Source: Balanoglossus misakiensis (taxonomy: Eukaryota > Animalia > Hemichordata). Taken from it: a DNA stretch of 64,000 nucleotides. The notes under the pieces are model-generated. The model searched no databases, had not been told where the DNA came from, and worked only from the letters and a program-made list of their open reading frames with translations. Location: the NCBI GenBank assembly GCA_040954595.2, contig CM082598.2, positions 8,819,097-8,883,096 of the forward strand, in the 5' to 3' direction. The position numbers were made by a program, and so were the translations under genes. Below are positions 38,516 through 49,488 of this stretch, piece after piece. How positions within the stretch are numbered: position 1 is the stretch's first letter; each line of letters starts with the position of its first letter.

Positions 38516-39703
38516 CTGGAATGGATTGAAAGAAAATGCCATTTAGTGCAAGTTTCATATTAAAAAGTAAGTACAAGAGTACTGGTATGTTGTATTTTAT
38601 TTGTCCCTGTGAATTGGCCTCTCTAGTGTCAGTCTGCCAGGAGCCATTACTGAGACATTCTTGAGCCAATTTCATTCAAACTTGTTTCATCATGTACTTG
38701 AACAACTTTCAGACCTCATTTGCATGGTAGCTTACTTGACATTTATAAATTCAAGTCAATTTTATACCTGTGACCAGTGATGAAAGGAATTGTAAATTAA
38801 GACTTTCTAACTAACCTCATACTTGGTAGGGTAGGCATCTCTTGTGTTATTCGTTTGGGACAATTATCCATTGAGCATCTCCATGTCCTTGATATTGTTT
38901 GATTTGCTGTCAGTAGAGGTTGTAAATAGGTTAGTTCTGTTCCCCAGTAGTTCAGGACACCATCCACTGGCTGGACGTTAAACTGAAATAACCATGTTGC
39001 TTTTCCTTGTGACCACTGATTTTGCAAGAAGTACTGATGTGCTTTCAGCAGAGTCTTGTTTGCTTCAGTGCTCTGGTTGATGAACCATTGTAGAACTTTG
39101 GTATTATTGCTCAATATCAAGTGGTATATCATCAGCATATTATCTGCCGGGCATGTATTGGTCATTTTTACCATGGTGCCGTCTGTAGCCATTGATGACC
39201 CATTCCACGGGAGACTTTGATGGGTGGGGCCAGTGTTGATGACTTTACATGTAGCTGCTGAATTTTGTACATCTGCGTTTGTTCTACCAGTGGTTCTACC
39301 AGTACGTCCAGTTAACCTTCCCTCAGGCTCTTGCTTGAATGGTTCTTTCACCTCTTGTGGCTGTTGTTGTTCCAGCTTTGATTTTTTGGCTGATGGTTCC
39401 TTCAGAGGTGTTTTTGGTGGATTGTAGTATGTACCCTGTTTTTTGGAAGTGGTCAACCTTCTGTGCCAGGATTCTTCTGCATCTTCCACTGTGACACCAG
39501 ATTTTGTTGATACATGTATCTTATTTGATTTCAATATCAATATGGCGATGTCTTCCAGTCTCGGTTTGATTGATCTGTACATCACGGCACAGAATTTGGC
39601 CATTTTCAGTTGGATTTTCCTGTTGAGAATGTGGATTTTGACCTCTCTCATCCAGTTTTCTGCAACTGCATTTGTTGCCCTGGTTTCAGTTATCTGTGGT
39701 GAC

Positions 39704-41179
39704 TCAGACACGAACACATCCTGATACCGTCGCAGGTTTCCCAGCATCAACCCACTCCATAAATAATGGGAAAAGTGGAAGGTAGTTGTCTCTCAGGTCT
39801 TCAATGTATGCTCTGCTTTGGTACGGATTTAATTTCTGGTCTGATGGCCCATGTTTGGCAACTGGAGAGGCACTTGAAGATTTGATCACTTCTGTAAAGT
39901 GTTGATAGAAAGGAGACCTTTTCCTGATACTCTGTCCTTCATTTGTTGTATCCTCTGGAATTTCAGAGCTTGTGATTTCAGCGTCAACATCAGTAAGTTT
40001 CATTATCTTGGCCTTCAACCTCACCAAGCTTGCTTCCATTGTAGCTGTGCGCCATGGTGATGTTGAAACCATAGTGATGTGATGAACAATATCAGTCCCT
40101 TCATGTAGGCTGGTACAGTTCTGTAGCAGGCCAGTAACAAACAACAGGAACTTCCGTAGAGATTTATCAGGGCATTTCTTCACCAGATTTCGGCTGATGG
40201 CATGGATAAAATGGGCAGCGCAGATGTGTATTACTGTGAATGATGTGCGGGTCTTACATTTACCATTAATTATGTCCCAGGACTTCTGTAGATAGTTGTT
40301 GATATCTTCAGCATTGAATGCCAATAAGACGGCTTGAATTATTGCCCAGCTGAAGTCCATTTCAACTCTTTGTGGTGTAGCAAGTGTGCCAGACATTTTC
40401 TTGGCAGCTCTCTGAAATTTCATGAGAAAATGAGTAATGGATGGTATTGAGTGATCGCTTGTTAGCATTTCTCCCAATGGTATCGGTGGTTTACAAGTGA
40501 CCAAGTCCAAGCCTTTATTTCCAGTCACCAGTGCGTAGTAAAGAATTTGTTTCTTGATAGTTGGTGGAGATTTGACTACAGATCCTGTGGCATCTATGTG
40601 CAGAAAAGAATTCTTTCTTTGGCACAACTTGTTGTACAGGAGAACTTGCTTCTCTGTATAGTTGATCACCTGTAGTGGCTGAAAATGGATTTCTTGGATG
40701 TAACCGCAAATGGTTTTCCCTTTAATTTCTTCATTTAAACTATTCATCGTGTTAATAAGATCTTCAAATTGATCCTTTGATGTTTCACCTTTGCAGTTTT
40801 CTTCGGATGAAATTTTCTGGTACACCAGTTTTGATTTTATCTTTGACAGATTTCCGAAGATGACTGCTTCCTTATTAGTATCTCTTAGACAGTTGAGTCT
40901 GTATTCACTCGGACTTTGGTTGACAAGTTGTGGACCAATTTCTGCCCTTTCATCACTCCTGATGTGTCGAGAATATTGTGTGCCTTTTTGATGCTTGATG
41001 AATCCACCACAAGTGACTTCTACTGAAACTGGTCTGTTATCATTTGGTTCATTTATAATGATGAACTTAACTTCTGACATAATTGGTGCTTGCATCTTGC
41101 CAGTATGGTGCAAAAGGGAGCACTGCTTTTGCGAGAACCTTTCTTTAGGACCCTGTTGCTGTAGAAGACTAATACACAC
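39704..41179 (-). CDS. Catalytic core ORF of the Mutator/NOF-like transposase (part of the frameshifted gene)
   Basis: 491-codon ORF with LHIDATGS (Asp at about 40593), ILYYALV, EMLTSDH, MDFSW (Asp at about 40356) and ICAAH (CxxH). The third acidic residue (TNAVAENW, Glu at about 39659) lies in the next frame. Confidence 0.8.
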   Translation of the reverse strand: MCISLLQQQGPKERFSQKQCSLLHHTGKMQAPIMSEVKFIIINEPNDNRPVSVEVTCGGFIKHQKGTQYSRHIRSDERAEIGPQLVNQSPSEYRLNCLRDTNKEAVIFGNLSKIKSKLVYQKISSEENCKGETSKDQFEDLINTMNSLNEEIKGKTICGYIQEIHFQPLQVINYTEKQVLLYNKLCQRKNSFLHIDATGSVVKSPPTIKKQILYYALVTGNKGLDLVTCKPPIPLGEMLTSDHSIPSITHFLMKFQRAAKKMSGTLATPQRVEMDFSWAIIQAVLLAFNAEDINNYLQKSWDIINGKCKTRTSFTVIHICAAHFIHAISRNLVKKCPDKSLRKFLLFVTGLLQNCTSLHEGTDIVHHITMVSTSPWRTATMEASLVRLKAKIMKLTDVDAEITSSEIPEDTTNEGQSIRKRSPFYQHFTEVIKSSSASPVAKHGPSDQKLNPYQSRAYIEDLRDNYLPLFPLFMEWVDAGKPATVSGCVRV

Positions 41180-41447
41180 TTGTCATTTACAACAGATAGT
41201 TTTTCGTTGAAAAGATCACTCCATCTTCCCTCCAACCTTCTCTGTCCATTTCTGTACATTGTTGTAGGTTTTATGTTTTCCCATTCAGAATGTGTTAATG
41301 CAAATTTGAGAAAAGATGCACATTTTTTGGTCATGTTTTGGCCTTTCGGAATTTCCACATCCAGTATGGATTCCACCATAGTTTCATCTAGAATTGGTTG
41401 ATTTTTCATATCTTGAAAATGATGATCAGCTTCTGACTGTGTATCAG

Positions 41448-42413
41448 TTACATCTTGCTTACATTCTGTAGATGCCTTCTGGTGGGAGATTTGATTGGTG
41501 TGGACTGGTATCCATATTTCCCAGGTGACATTGCATCATCACTGTCATATGTTGCTGGTCTATCATCTGCCAAAGTGGGAGATTTGATTGGTGTGGACTG
41601 GTATCCATATTTCCCAGGTGACATTGCATCATCACTGTCATATGCTGGTGGTCTATCATCTGCCAAAGTGGGAGATTTGATTGGTGTGGACTGGTATCCA
41701 TATTTCCCAGGTGACATTGCATCATCACTGTCATATGTTGCTGGTCTATCATCTGCCAAAGTGGGAGATTTGATCGGTGTGGACTGGTATCCATATTTCC
41801 CAGGTGACATTGCTTGTGAACTCGCATCATTAGTCAAGCATTGAAGTTCTTCACTTTTACTTTGGTTGTTTGTCAGTCCGTGAGATGTTCGGTGAGCCTG
41901 TCTTGTACTCTCTGAGCCTTTTGAAGATTTACATTGGTGTGTATCCAGGTTATGTTCATTTTGAGGCATCTGAATAATTGGTCCTGTGTCTTGTTGAACA
42001 CTTGTGACATGTAATTTCCCTTTTAATACCAATTTTCCAATAACTGTCCCTGACAGTTCCAATTCTAAGAGACTTTCTTGGCTAGCGCTGTTGGCAGGAG
42101 TATCTGAAAGTATCTTAATGTTTGGTAGTTTAGGGTTTGTGGCCGCAGTGCAGTTTTTGTTTGGATTCCGTTCATTTTCACTCGGCAACGGGTCTTTCTC
42201 AATTTTCTGTGTGTTTTTGGTTTCTTCAGGCAGTGTTTCTTTGATAGCCTTATACTTGTCACAGTAGAATTGTGGTAACTGTTTTGCCTTTCTATTGGTA
42301 AATTTCTGGCATCTGGGATGAAACCAGCCATCACAACCATCGCATCCAACAATGCATTGGCCAGCTTTCCATAATTTATTGCAGGTTCTACAAAACACAT
42401 CTTTGTTACTCAT
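41448..42413 (-). CDS. N-terminal ORF of the transposase gene: PHD finger and low-complexity/tandem-repeat linker
   Basis: MSNKDVFCRTC...IVGCDGCDGWFHPRCQK...FYCDKY. The ATG is preceded by an acceptor (TGACAG|GATG). Confidence 0.8.
   Translation of the reverse strand: MSNKDVFCRTCNKLWKAGQCIVGCDGCDGWFHPRCQKFTNRKAKQLPQFYCDKYKAIKETLPEETKNTQKIEKDPLPSENERNPNKNCTAATNPKLPNIKILSDTPANSASQESLLELELSGTVIGKLVLKGKLHVTSVQQDTGPIIQMPQNEHNLDTHQCKSSKGSESTRQAHRTSHGLTNNQSKSEELQCLTNDASSQAMSPGKYGYQSTPIKSPTLADDRPATYDSDDAMSPGKYGYQSTPIKSPTLADDRPPAYDSDDAMSPGKYGYQSTPIKSPTLADDRPATYDSDDAMSPGKYGYQSTPIKSPTRRHLQNVSKM
41482..41813 (-). repeat. 93-bp coding tandem repeat (about 3.6 copies; AMSPGKYGYQSTPIKSPTLADDRPATYDSDD)
   Basis: GTGGGAGATTTGAT at 41482, 41575, 41668 and 41761. 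Confidence 0.95.
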
Positions 42414-45400
42414 CCTGTCAATGTGATAAAATTAAAGTATGACATTGGAGATTTGTACCTAAATTGTGATGAATTGTCATTTCTCAGGGAAACAAAAATT
42501 TAGATTCTGGCTAATTATTAAATAAACATCATAACTGCTACCATATTAAACTGTTTGTTCAGATTGCGATTTCTATTTTTAGCTTGGATATGGATGTACA
42601 AACTCTGATCAATGCTATAGTCACATTTAAAACTTGTAGCTTTGGAAACATGGCTGTGTGGTTTCGTGCATGACCTGGTGGCAAGATGGTGTTGTCAGAA
42701 GTGTGGGTCCCATGAGTGAAAGTAGAAATTTTTTGATGCTACAGCTAACATCTAACTATACCAGTACCGGTAGTTAAAGTATCATCTTATTTTGATATAT
42801 ACATTTAATCCTTACTGCTGCCTGGTTGTGTTGTACTTTGATCAGCATAATGTCAGTCCAAATGCTACTAATTTTAATTAAATTGATACAGTATAGTGGT
42901 GTGTTACACCTGAATCTAAACCATTTCTAATCAATGGGAGCATCGTGTCCTTGATACTTTAAAAAAAATTATAATATTTTGAACAATGGAAATGCCACAA
43001 TACATCTTAGGTTCATTGGTTTCTGTGTTGGTTTTGGTCTCGGTGGATAATTCTCAAGTACTTCTCCCATTTTCGGTTGTGATTATGTATTTTGTTTTTT
43101 TCTGTGGGTGATATAAAACTCAATATTTTGTACAGAAAATACAAATCATTTCAAATTTACAAATTCAAGGATTGCCTATTTACATTGAGTTGACAAATAT
43201 AGATGAACCTCTTGCCAACGAGGAGAAGGAAATTCATTATATTATGGAATTTGTGTGTTTACTTAACTTCTATTACATTGCAATAACTGAACATTTAGTG
43301 TCATAAGATTATTGTAGAATATCACTGATAGTAAGGAAAAAATAATTTGCCACCTCTTCTGGAAGTTTCCCAATTTTTCCCCTTCCCTCTAATGTACCTG
43401 TGCCTTTATTATTCCCATAATTTTTAGAGATTTGTACATCACTAGCTTTATTGCAGTATTTTGTGTAATTTAAAAATTAGTGATTTGGAAGGTTATGGTT
43501 ATCGGTTATAGAGTGCTCCCATTGCTGGATTAAAGTATTTGATTCCATTTCATTTTGGAATTATGTAAAATAAATGTTTGAATACAAGCACAAATTTGGT
43601 CTAATGGGGGCAGGCATATGGACTTTAAATGGAAAATATGGCAAGAGTGACCCTGTGAAGTGATCATGCTTATCATACACAAAATCATTACGAGTGTATA
43701 GAAGATTATCATCTACATCCATGTACATGTACATGTAGATGTTACCAAGTATAGTTTTGATTAAACTTGTGGATTACCAACTAATTAATCTCAAACTTTG
43801 TTTTCCAGCACTTGACAAACACATCTCTAGAATGGCAAGAATAAACACATTTTAAGAAGGAAAAATTCAAGATATTTGATGGCAGTAAATATTTTTTAAA
43901 CATGTGGAAAAAATGTGGACACTAAATGCATAATTGACATAATATGCTCAAACTATAGCAATGGTCTCAAATCTGACAGGCACAAAACCCCGCCATATTC
44001 ATGGTACAAGTAGGAAATTATGTGCAATGTGGGTTTACAATTCTTACCATTGGACTATTGTAAACTACACTTAGCCTTAATAGGCCTCGAGGTTAAACAG
44101 CTATCCAATAACCATGAGCTTTGGATCATTAAATAGCTGAGAAGACTAAACTTAAGTATGTCAATGGAGTCTTTTAGAAACTAGAAGGGTTCAAAATGAA
44201 GGTACTGTTTAACCATTTCAAAAGCAGAAGCTACATGTTTTCCTTGAGCATTGTCCTGCCAGCTATTGCACATTATTTAATGGAGATGTCCCATAATCCA
44301 TTCTGATTTGTGCCATCAAATTGAAGCCTTGCATATCTTCCATATGTATAAAAACTTATAGACTCTTCACATGAATTTATGTGGGGTAGATATTAAAAAT
44401 AAAACCAAATTAAATTGATATTTATTCCTGCCATGAGTGCTTTGTCGGCTAGCAAAATGTTCATTTTGTTCATGATACGAAAATAGTCATGTGTAGAAAA
44501 CTAATGATGGTTCAGCTGGCATTAAGCCAAGTTATAGTCTTGAAAACCAACTGAGCAATGCATGAATGATATTTGAAATGGCATCAATACCTCCCAGCGT
44601 CTTTCTGAGATGTTTTGGAGGAATTTGTGTAAATTTAGTTTAATATACAGCCCAACCGCATAGATATGATTAGGTTATTGCACTTTGGTCAGTAGTACAA
44701 GTTAAAGTATTGAGTGATATTTTATGATATAGGCAATGAACTACTGTGACAATCTTCATTTTTATAGGAAAACACAAAACATCTTTTTGGTACCAAATCT
44801 CATCAGATGCTATACATTTTAAATAGAATTACAATTTTCACTTGTGGGACAGAACTTGTCTTGAAACCCACCGACAACAGCCTCAAGCCATCAGGTGACG
44901 CAAAAAAAACAAGGCTATGCTGTCTGTATTCTTGAAAGACTAGTTTTGAACAATCTTTTCCCACCAAGTTCATTTTGTTGGAATCTCCTTTGCAACACAG
45001 TTCCTTCTACAGTCCAAATTTTTGAATTAGACCCTAAAAACAAGTATTCGGCACAATTTCTTTATCAGCAAGTATATCACCTTCCTCAGTTATTAATGGT
45101 TGAGGTGAAATATACAAAAATCATTTGCATTGATTAGATTCAGACATCCATTTACCAGACCAAAATTTAATGTGTAAACTTTTAAGTGAGCATTGCCTTC
45201 ACATTATGATTATTTTATATTAACATTTTTAGAATTATTGCAGTTTGGTCTTGTAATATTCTGAATATCTTATTTGATCAAACTTACTTGTACATGTATA
45301 TGTGTACTGTAAATACTACTCAGTTTTCCAAGACCTTTGAATTGATTTTATAATTAAATTGGAAAATAAATGTGGGTCACCAATTCGTCACGAAAATGAC

Positions 45401-46184
45401 CTTGAGAATTATTTGTGGTCATTGCAAAGAAGAAACTTTTAATTTAATTTACTTGAACAGGCTACATGGCACTCAATCTAAATTTGACAAACTTTCAGTT
45501 CACATGGTATACAGAGTTCCATGTAACTACATGTAATTGACCAGAATTTCAAGATTTACCAAGTACATGGAGCTGAATTTAAAAAGCTTGGATCTAACTC
45601 AAATTTACACCAGAAAAAAATAAGAAAACTGCTAAAAACTGTATACTACTTTTTTAGACTCTTGCTACAATGAGTTTGCAATTTTGTACCCAAAATGTAA
45701 TTTATCATTTGATCTGACTCAGATCTAATACATGTAATATGAATTGTGTTGAATTTTAGTGTGTAATTAGAAATTAAGTTATTTTATATATTTTTAAACA
45801 GTGCATTTAGGGCTTTTATCAAGACATTATTTACATGTTAAATGGAAATGATGCATGTGTAAAGCTACGTACCTGTTGACAATAATTCCAAGTATAATAT
45901 TCTAATGGCATGAGCCCAGGATCTCAACCAAAGTTTATCAAATATTCTGAGTGACTACTGTTTTATAACTAGATATCTAACTCTAACCTTGTAAATATGT
46001 AGAACTTAACGTTTTGGTTACAGAAAGTACTGTTCTAAATTGACACTTGGTTTGTTTGAGATATGTATGAAAATGTTCATGAAAATATTGAACTGGCTTA
46101 GTGTTAATACCTTGTTACCTGCAAGGATCGTTCGTTAAACTGGACATAGCAGTTCAAAAAGTACAAACAAGTAAATTGACTTAC

Positions 46185-46463
46185 CTGAACAACTGTTTCT
46201 TGAAATGTGTCTTTTCAGTTCAATCCACCTTTCTTGAGAGCTTGAGAAAAGGAATAGTTGAAGGCCAGAACAACTGTTTCTTGAAATGTGTCTTTTCAGT
46301 TCAATCCACCTTTCTTGAGAGCTTGAGAAAAGGAATAGGTGAAGGCCAGAACAACTGTTTCTTGAAATGTGTCTTTTCAGTTCAATCCACCTGAGGTAAC
46401 ACGTTCTTGAGAGCTTGAGAGAAGGAGTAGTGGAAGGGGGGCAGCACATGGGCTGTTTTTATA
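46185..46463 (-). promoter_or_regulatory. Candidate TATA promoter and non-coding first exon of the transposase gene, containing an 81-bp tandem repeat
   Basis: TATAAAAA at 46463-46456, a pyrimidine-rich initiator-like stretch about 30 bp downstream, and a strong donor CAG|GTAAGT at 46185/46184. The 81-bp unit starts at 46188, 46269 and 46350. Confidence 0.45.
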
Positions 46464-47480
46464 GTCCAAATTTGTACAATTTTATAACAAAGTTGAGCTC
46501 ATGCACCAATGAAAATCATTTTTAGATCAGGGATTGTGTTTCTCAGGAAAAAGTCAAATTTATTGGTACAGAAAATGAATAAATCAGTCAAATTATTGTA
46601 TTTTCTTCAGACATGCAAATCTGTTGCTTGGATATCGGAAAAAGAGGGTTGTACTCTTCTGTCACATGACATCCTCCGCATGAATTATGAAAAATTCTGC
46701 CTCTTCGGCGGGAAAAAGTTGTTGGAGCAAAGACGCTCAAGAAAATGAAACTATGTTGCAGTCTTTTTCAAAACCAAACTTCCCTCCTGTTGAATGAGTA
46801 TTGTTCATCATGTACAAGTTGTCATGTATAAGCAAACTGAGGAACTGGGAATTACCTGTGGCTAATATAAGATTGAAACAATGTAGTTTTGGAGAGAAAA
46901 AATCTTGAGTCTGTATGTATATTCTGCAGATGATGCCTCATGAATTTACAAAGCTTGCTGGGAAGGATGGCTTGGGAAGCATAAAATACTGTTACATTTT
47001 ATATTTCAAAATGAAGTTCCCGAGCCTTTCAGAAAGTTTTACCCATGAAACACAACCTTATTTTCATCAAAATTGTAACAGTAGTAGTACTGAAGCCAGT
47101 GCCAAGCCGATAGAAAAACATAGAATAGATGTGCCAAAACCATTTGTTTTTTTCATTTTATTGGGAAAGAAGAGAGAGAAAATACAACACTTTCATATTG
47201 ATAAGACTCTTTGTGGTTCGTAGATCATAGCAAATTCCTAGATATTGGTATCAGACTTCATGCTGAATTATATTAGCTGCCAAACTGTTGACATTTGGCA
47301 CACAGAAAAATAGTCACTTTACTACAATATGAAAGCCTCTCCTGATCACATTTGTGTTGTATATGTTCTTTACCATTTTGTCACTGAAATGACATTTTCA
47401 TGTAATGATTAATTACTCATATTCAAAGTATGGTGAGCCCTACAAGATTTAGCTTTTCTTTTATAGAATTGCCTGTATAT

Positions 47481-47552
47481 TAGACTATAGGGTACAGTCA
47501 TTTGAGGGCGCTCTGTACGGAGCGCCCTCAAACGACTGTACCCTATAGACTG
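47481..47552. mobile_element. 72-bp fold-back mini-element with degenerate 9-bp TSD
   Basis: CTATAGGGTACAGTCATTTGAGGGCGCTC...GAGCGCCCTCAAACGACTGTACCCTATAG. Flanks CCTGTATAT / CCTGTGCAT. Starts TAGACT like the AcademH TIR. Confidence 0.6.
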
Positions 47553-48720
47553 CCTGTGCATGGACAAATTAATAAACTGTTGTAATGTTGCAAAAGTTTT
47601 ACCCTGTAGCTTAGCATGTAGGTTTTTGTTGCATTCTTGCAAATGTTGAGTGAAAACCATGGTTATCAAGGTTTCAAGTAAGTTTATTCAGTATGCTAGG
47701 CCTCTGGCCTGTGATACATCTCATGAGCAAAATAGTTACATATAGGCGCAAATGTGAGGGTCTTGTTCCATTGGCAGACTTCAAAAGAACATGAAACAGT
47801 ATTTTGCAGTAAATAATAATAACAATAATAATAATAATAATAATAGTAATAAATCAGAGTGCTAAAACCATGGTTATAATTCTGAGTTTTCATGCATACA
47901 ATATCAATAACGGTGCTTACTGGTTATTGTTTTTTGCCTTTGATGTTTTATGTCAACTGAGGATTTTACCCAGGCATGGTTTCCCACATGGAATGTAGGG
48001 TTAGCATTTGCTCAATAGTTCAGTCATTCTGTGTGTTTTGGCAATAGCTTTCTTTGTAGTTTATTGTTTTGTCAAGAGATGTCAACCTTATACGTTTGCA
48101 AACATTTTACTTATGAAAAAATAAAGTGTTCAAGAGCTACATGTATGTAGGATTCTGTACTGTCACCATCTTGATGTACATGTATACTACTACCTTGCTA
48201 ACACTAATTTTATTGCTATCTCCCATACAGGACAAGACATATAGCATGGAAATGGAAGTGTCTGCTGCAGAAGCCACGCTCATTATAATTGCTAATGAGC
48301 AAACAACACCTAGTTAATCCGATGGATGACAACTGCAAAAAGGCCTTAGCTGTGGAATAAGCATATTGCTCCATACTCGATCGGCTGGTTACCCGTAGTG
48401 ACAAAGACACTTATTTATGCAAGGACATGCCCAACAAAACATAAGAATATTCATGTGTCTCAAGCACTGCCAGGTACATGTCGTACGCTGTGCGAGCCGG
48501 CTGTCTCCCCTTGTCAAGTAAGACAAGGTAGGAGGTCAGGCAGGCGGTAGGAAGAGTTCACCAAAAGAGGGCGCATCGCGCAAGCAGGGCAGCCTGAGTG
48601 TATCTGTAAGAGAAATGTTAGAATCGTACCGGTAAGAGAAAGGCAGGAGAAGAAAAAAAGGCTGACCAACAACAAACTTTTTCAGTTTCTATTATATCCC
48701 TGAATAAATCCCTGTGGTAT

Positions 48721-49175
48721 ACATATATTGACTGGCCATGCAGGCAACAGCATACGTCTCTCACCCCTCGGGACTGTGAATCACCCCCCAAAACAGTCTG
48801 TTTTGGGGGGTGACTCACAGTCCCGAGGGTTGAAAGACATATGCTGTTGCCCAAAAGGCCAGTCAATATGTGTTTTGTAACACACCTCATCTGCAGCCAT
48901 GCATAAGAACTTCAGAAAGTAGGACAAACCGAGAAATTTCTTGACTATCGTTCCCCTCGGCCGCAGACGACGTCTTTGTTTACTTTCCATTTCGCGCATG
49001 CGCAATATGTCATTTGTGAAGTGGGCGGGCATCATTTTTCGGAATTGATGCCCAGCGGGCAACATTTCCGACAACTGATGACGTCATTTTATATGGATTA
49101 GAGCAAAAAGAATGCATGCCATGAGACTAACAATTGACGAATGAGAACACAGACTGCAGATGGGGTGTGTTACAA
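48721..49175. mobile_element. Hairpin-ended element C: 153-bp terminal palindrome plus asymmetric 22-bp inverted repeat
   Basis: Palindrome 48721-48873. TTGTAACACACCTCATCTGCAG (48875-48896) pairs with CTGCAGATGGGGTGTGTTACAA (49154-49175), 21/22 match. Confidence 0.7.
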
Positions 49176-49318
49176 TACAAAGAACAACACAAGATTCTGA
49201 CAGTTTCAGTGGACTCTGTATCTCGGAAATTAGAGTCATCAGATCAACGCATAATACAGTGGACTAGCAATAAAATGATAGTATAAACTGCAATCGGTAC
49301 TGGTGGCGTCAGTCACTC

Positions 49319-49488
49319 CAATCTGATTAAAATCAGACGTAGAGTTAGACGCTGTTTTTAGCTTTGGTGATTGTTTTGGCTGTTCTGTTCTCTGTCTTGG
49401 CTGTTCTTGCCCCCTTCTGACCAGAACAGCCAAGAATCAGCAAAGGCAAAGACGGCGCCTAACTCTACATCTGATTTTAATCAGATTA
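49319..49488. mobile_element. 170-bp MITE with the same termini as the 19790-20996 element, 9-bp TSD
   Basis: CAATCTGATTAAAATCAGACGTAG ... CTACATCTGATTTTAATCAGATTA. Flanks CAGTCACTC / CAGTCTCTC. Confidence 0.8.

Larger units (their letters stand above)
37205..42413 (-). pseudogene. Spliced transposase gene: PHD finger + 31-aa repeats + Mutator (NOF-like) DDE transposase + USP-like cysteine protease; three frameshifts
   Basis: Exons 42413-38816, 38515-38327, 37784-37623 and 37409-37205 are joined by GT-AG introns, all phase 2 and in frame. Motifs: PHD (C4HC3, last Cys mutated to Tyr), LHIDATGS, MDFSWAII, ICAAH, TNAVAENW, TNTCPADN, GSHF, WYIYDGM. Frameshifts near 41482, 41070 and 39765. AATAAA at 37136-37131. 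Confidence 0.85.

Noticed and set aside
43900-44900. Possible second decayed gene inside the giant element (for example YLCGWAVY on the minus strand)
   Set aside because: Too fragmentary to support by eye. A frameshift-aware search (tBLASTx or LAST) would be needed.
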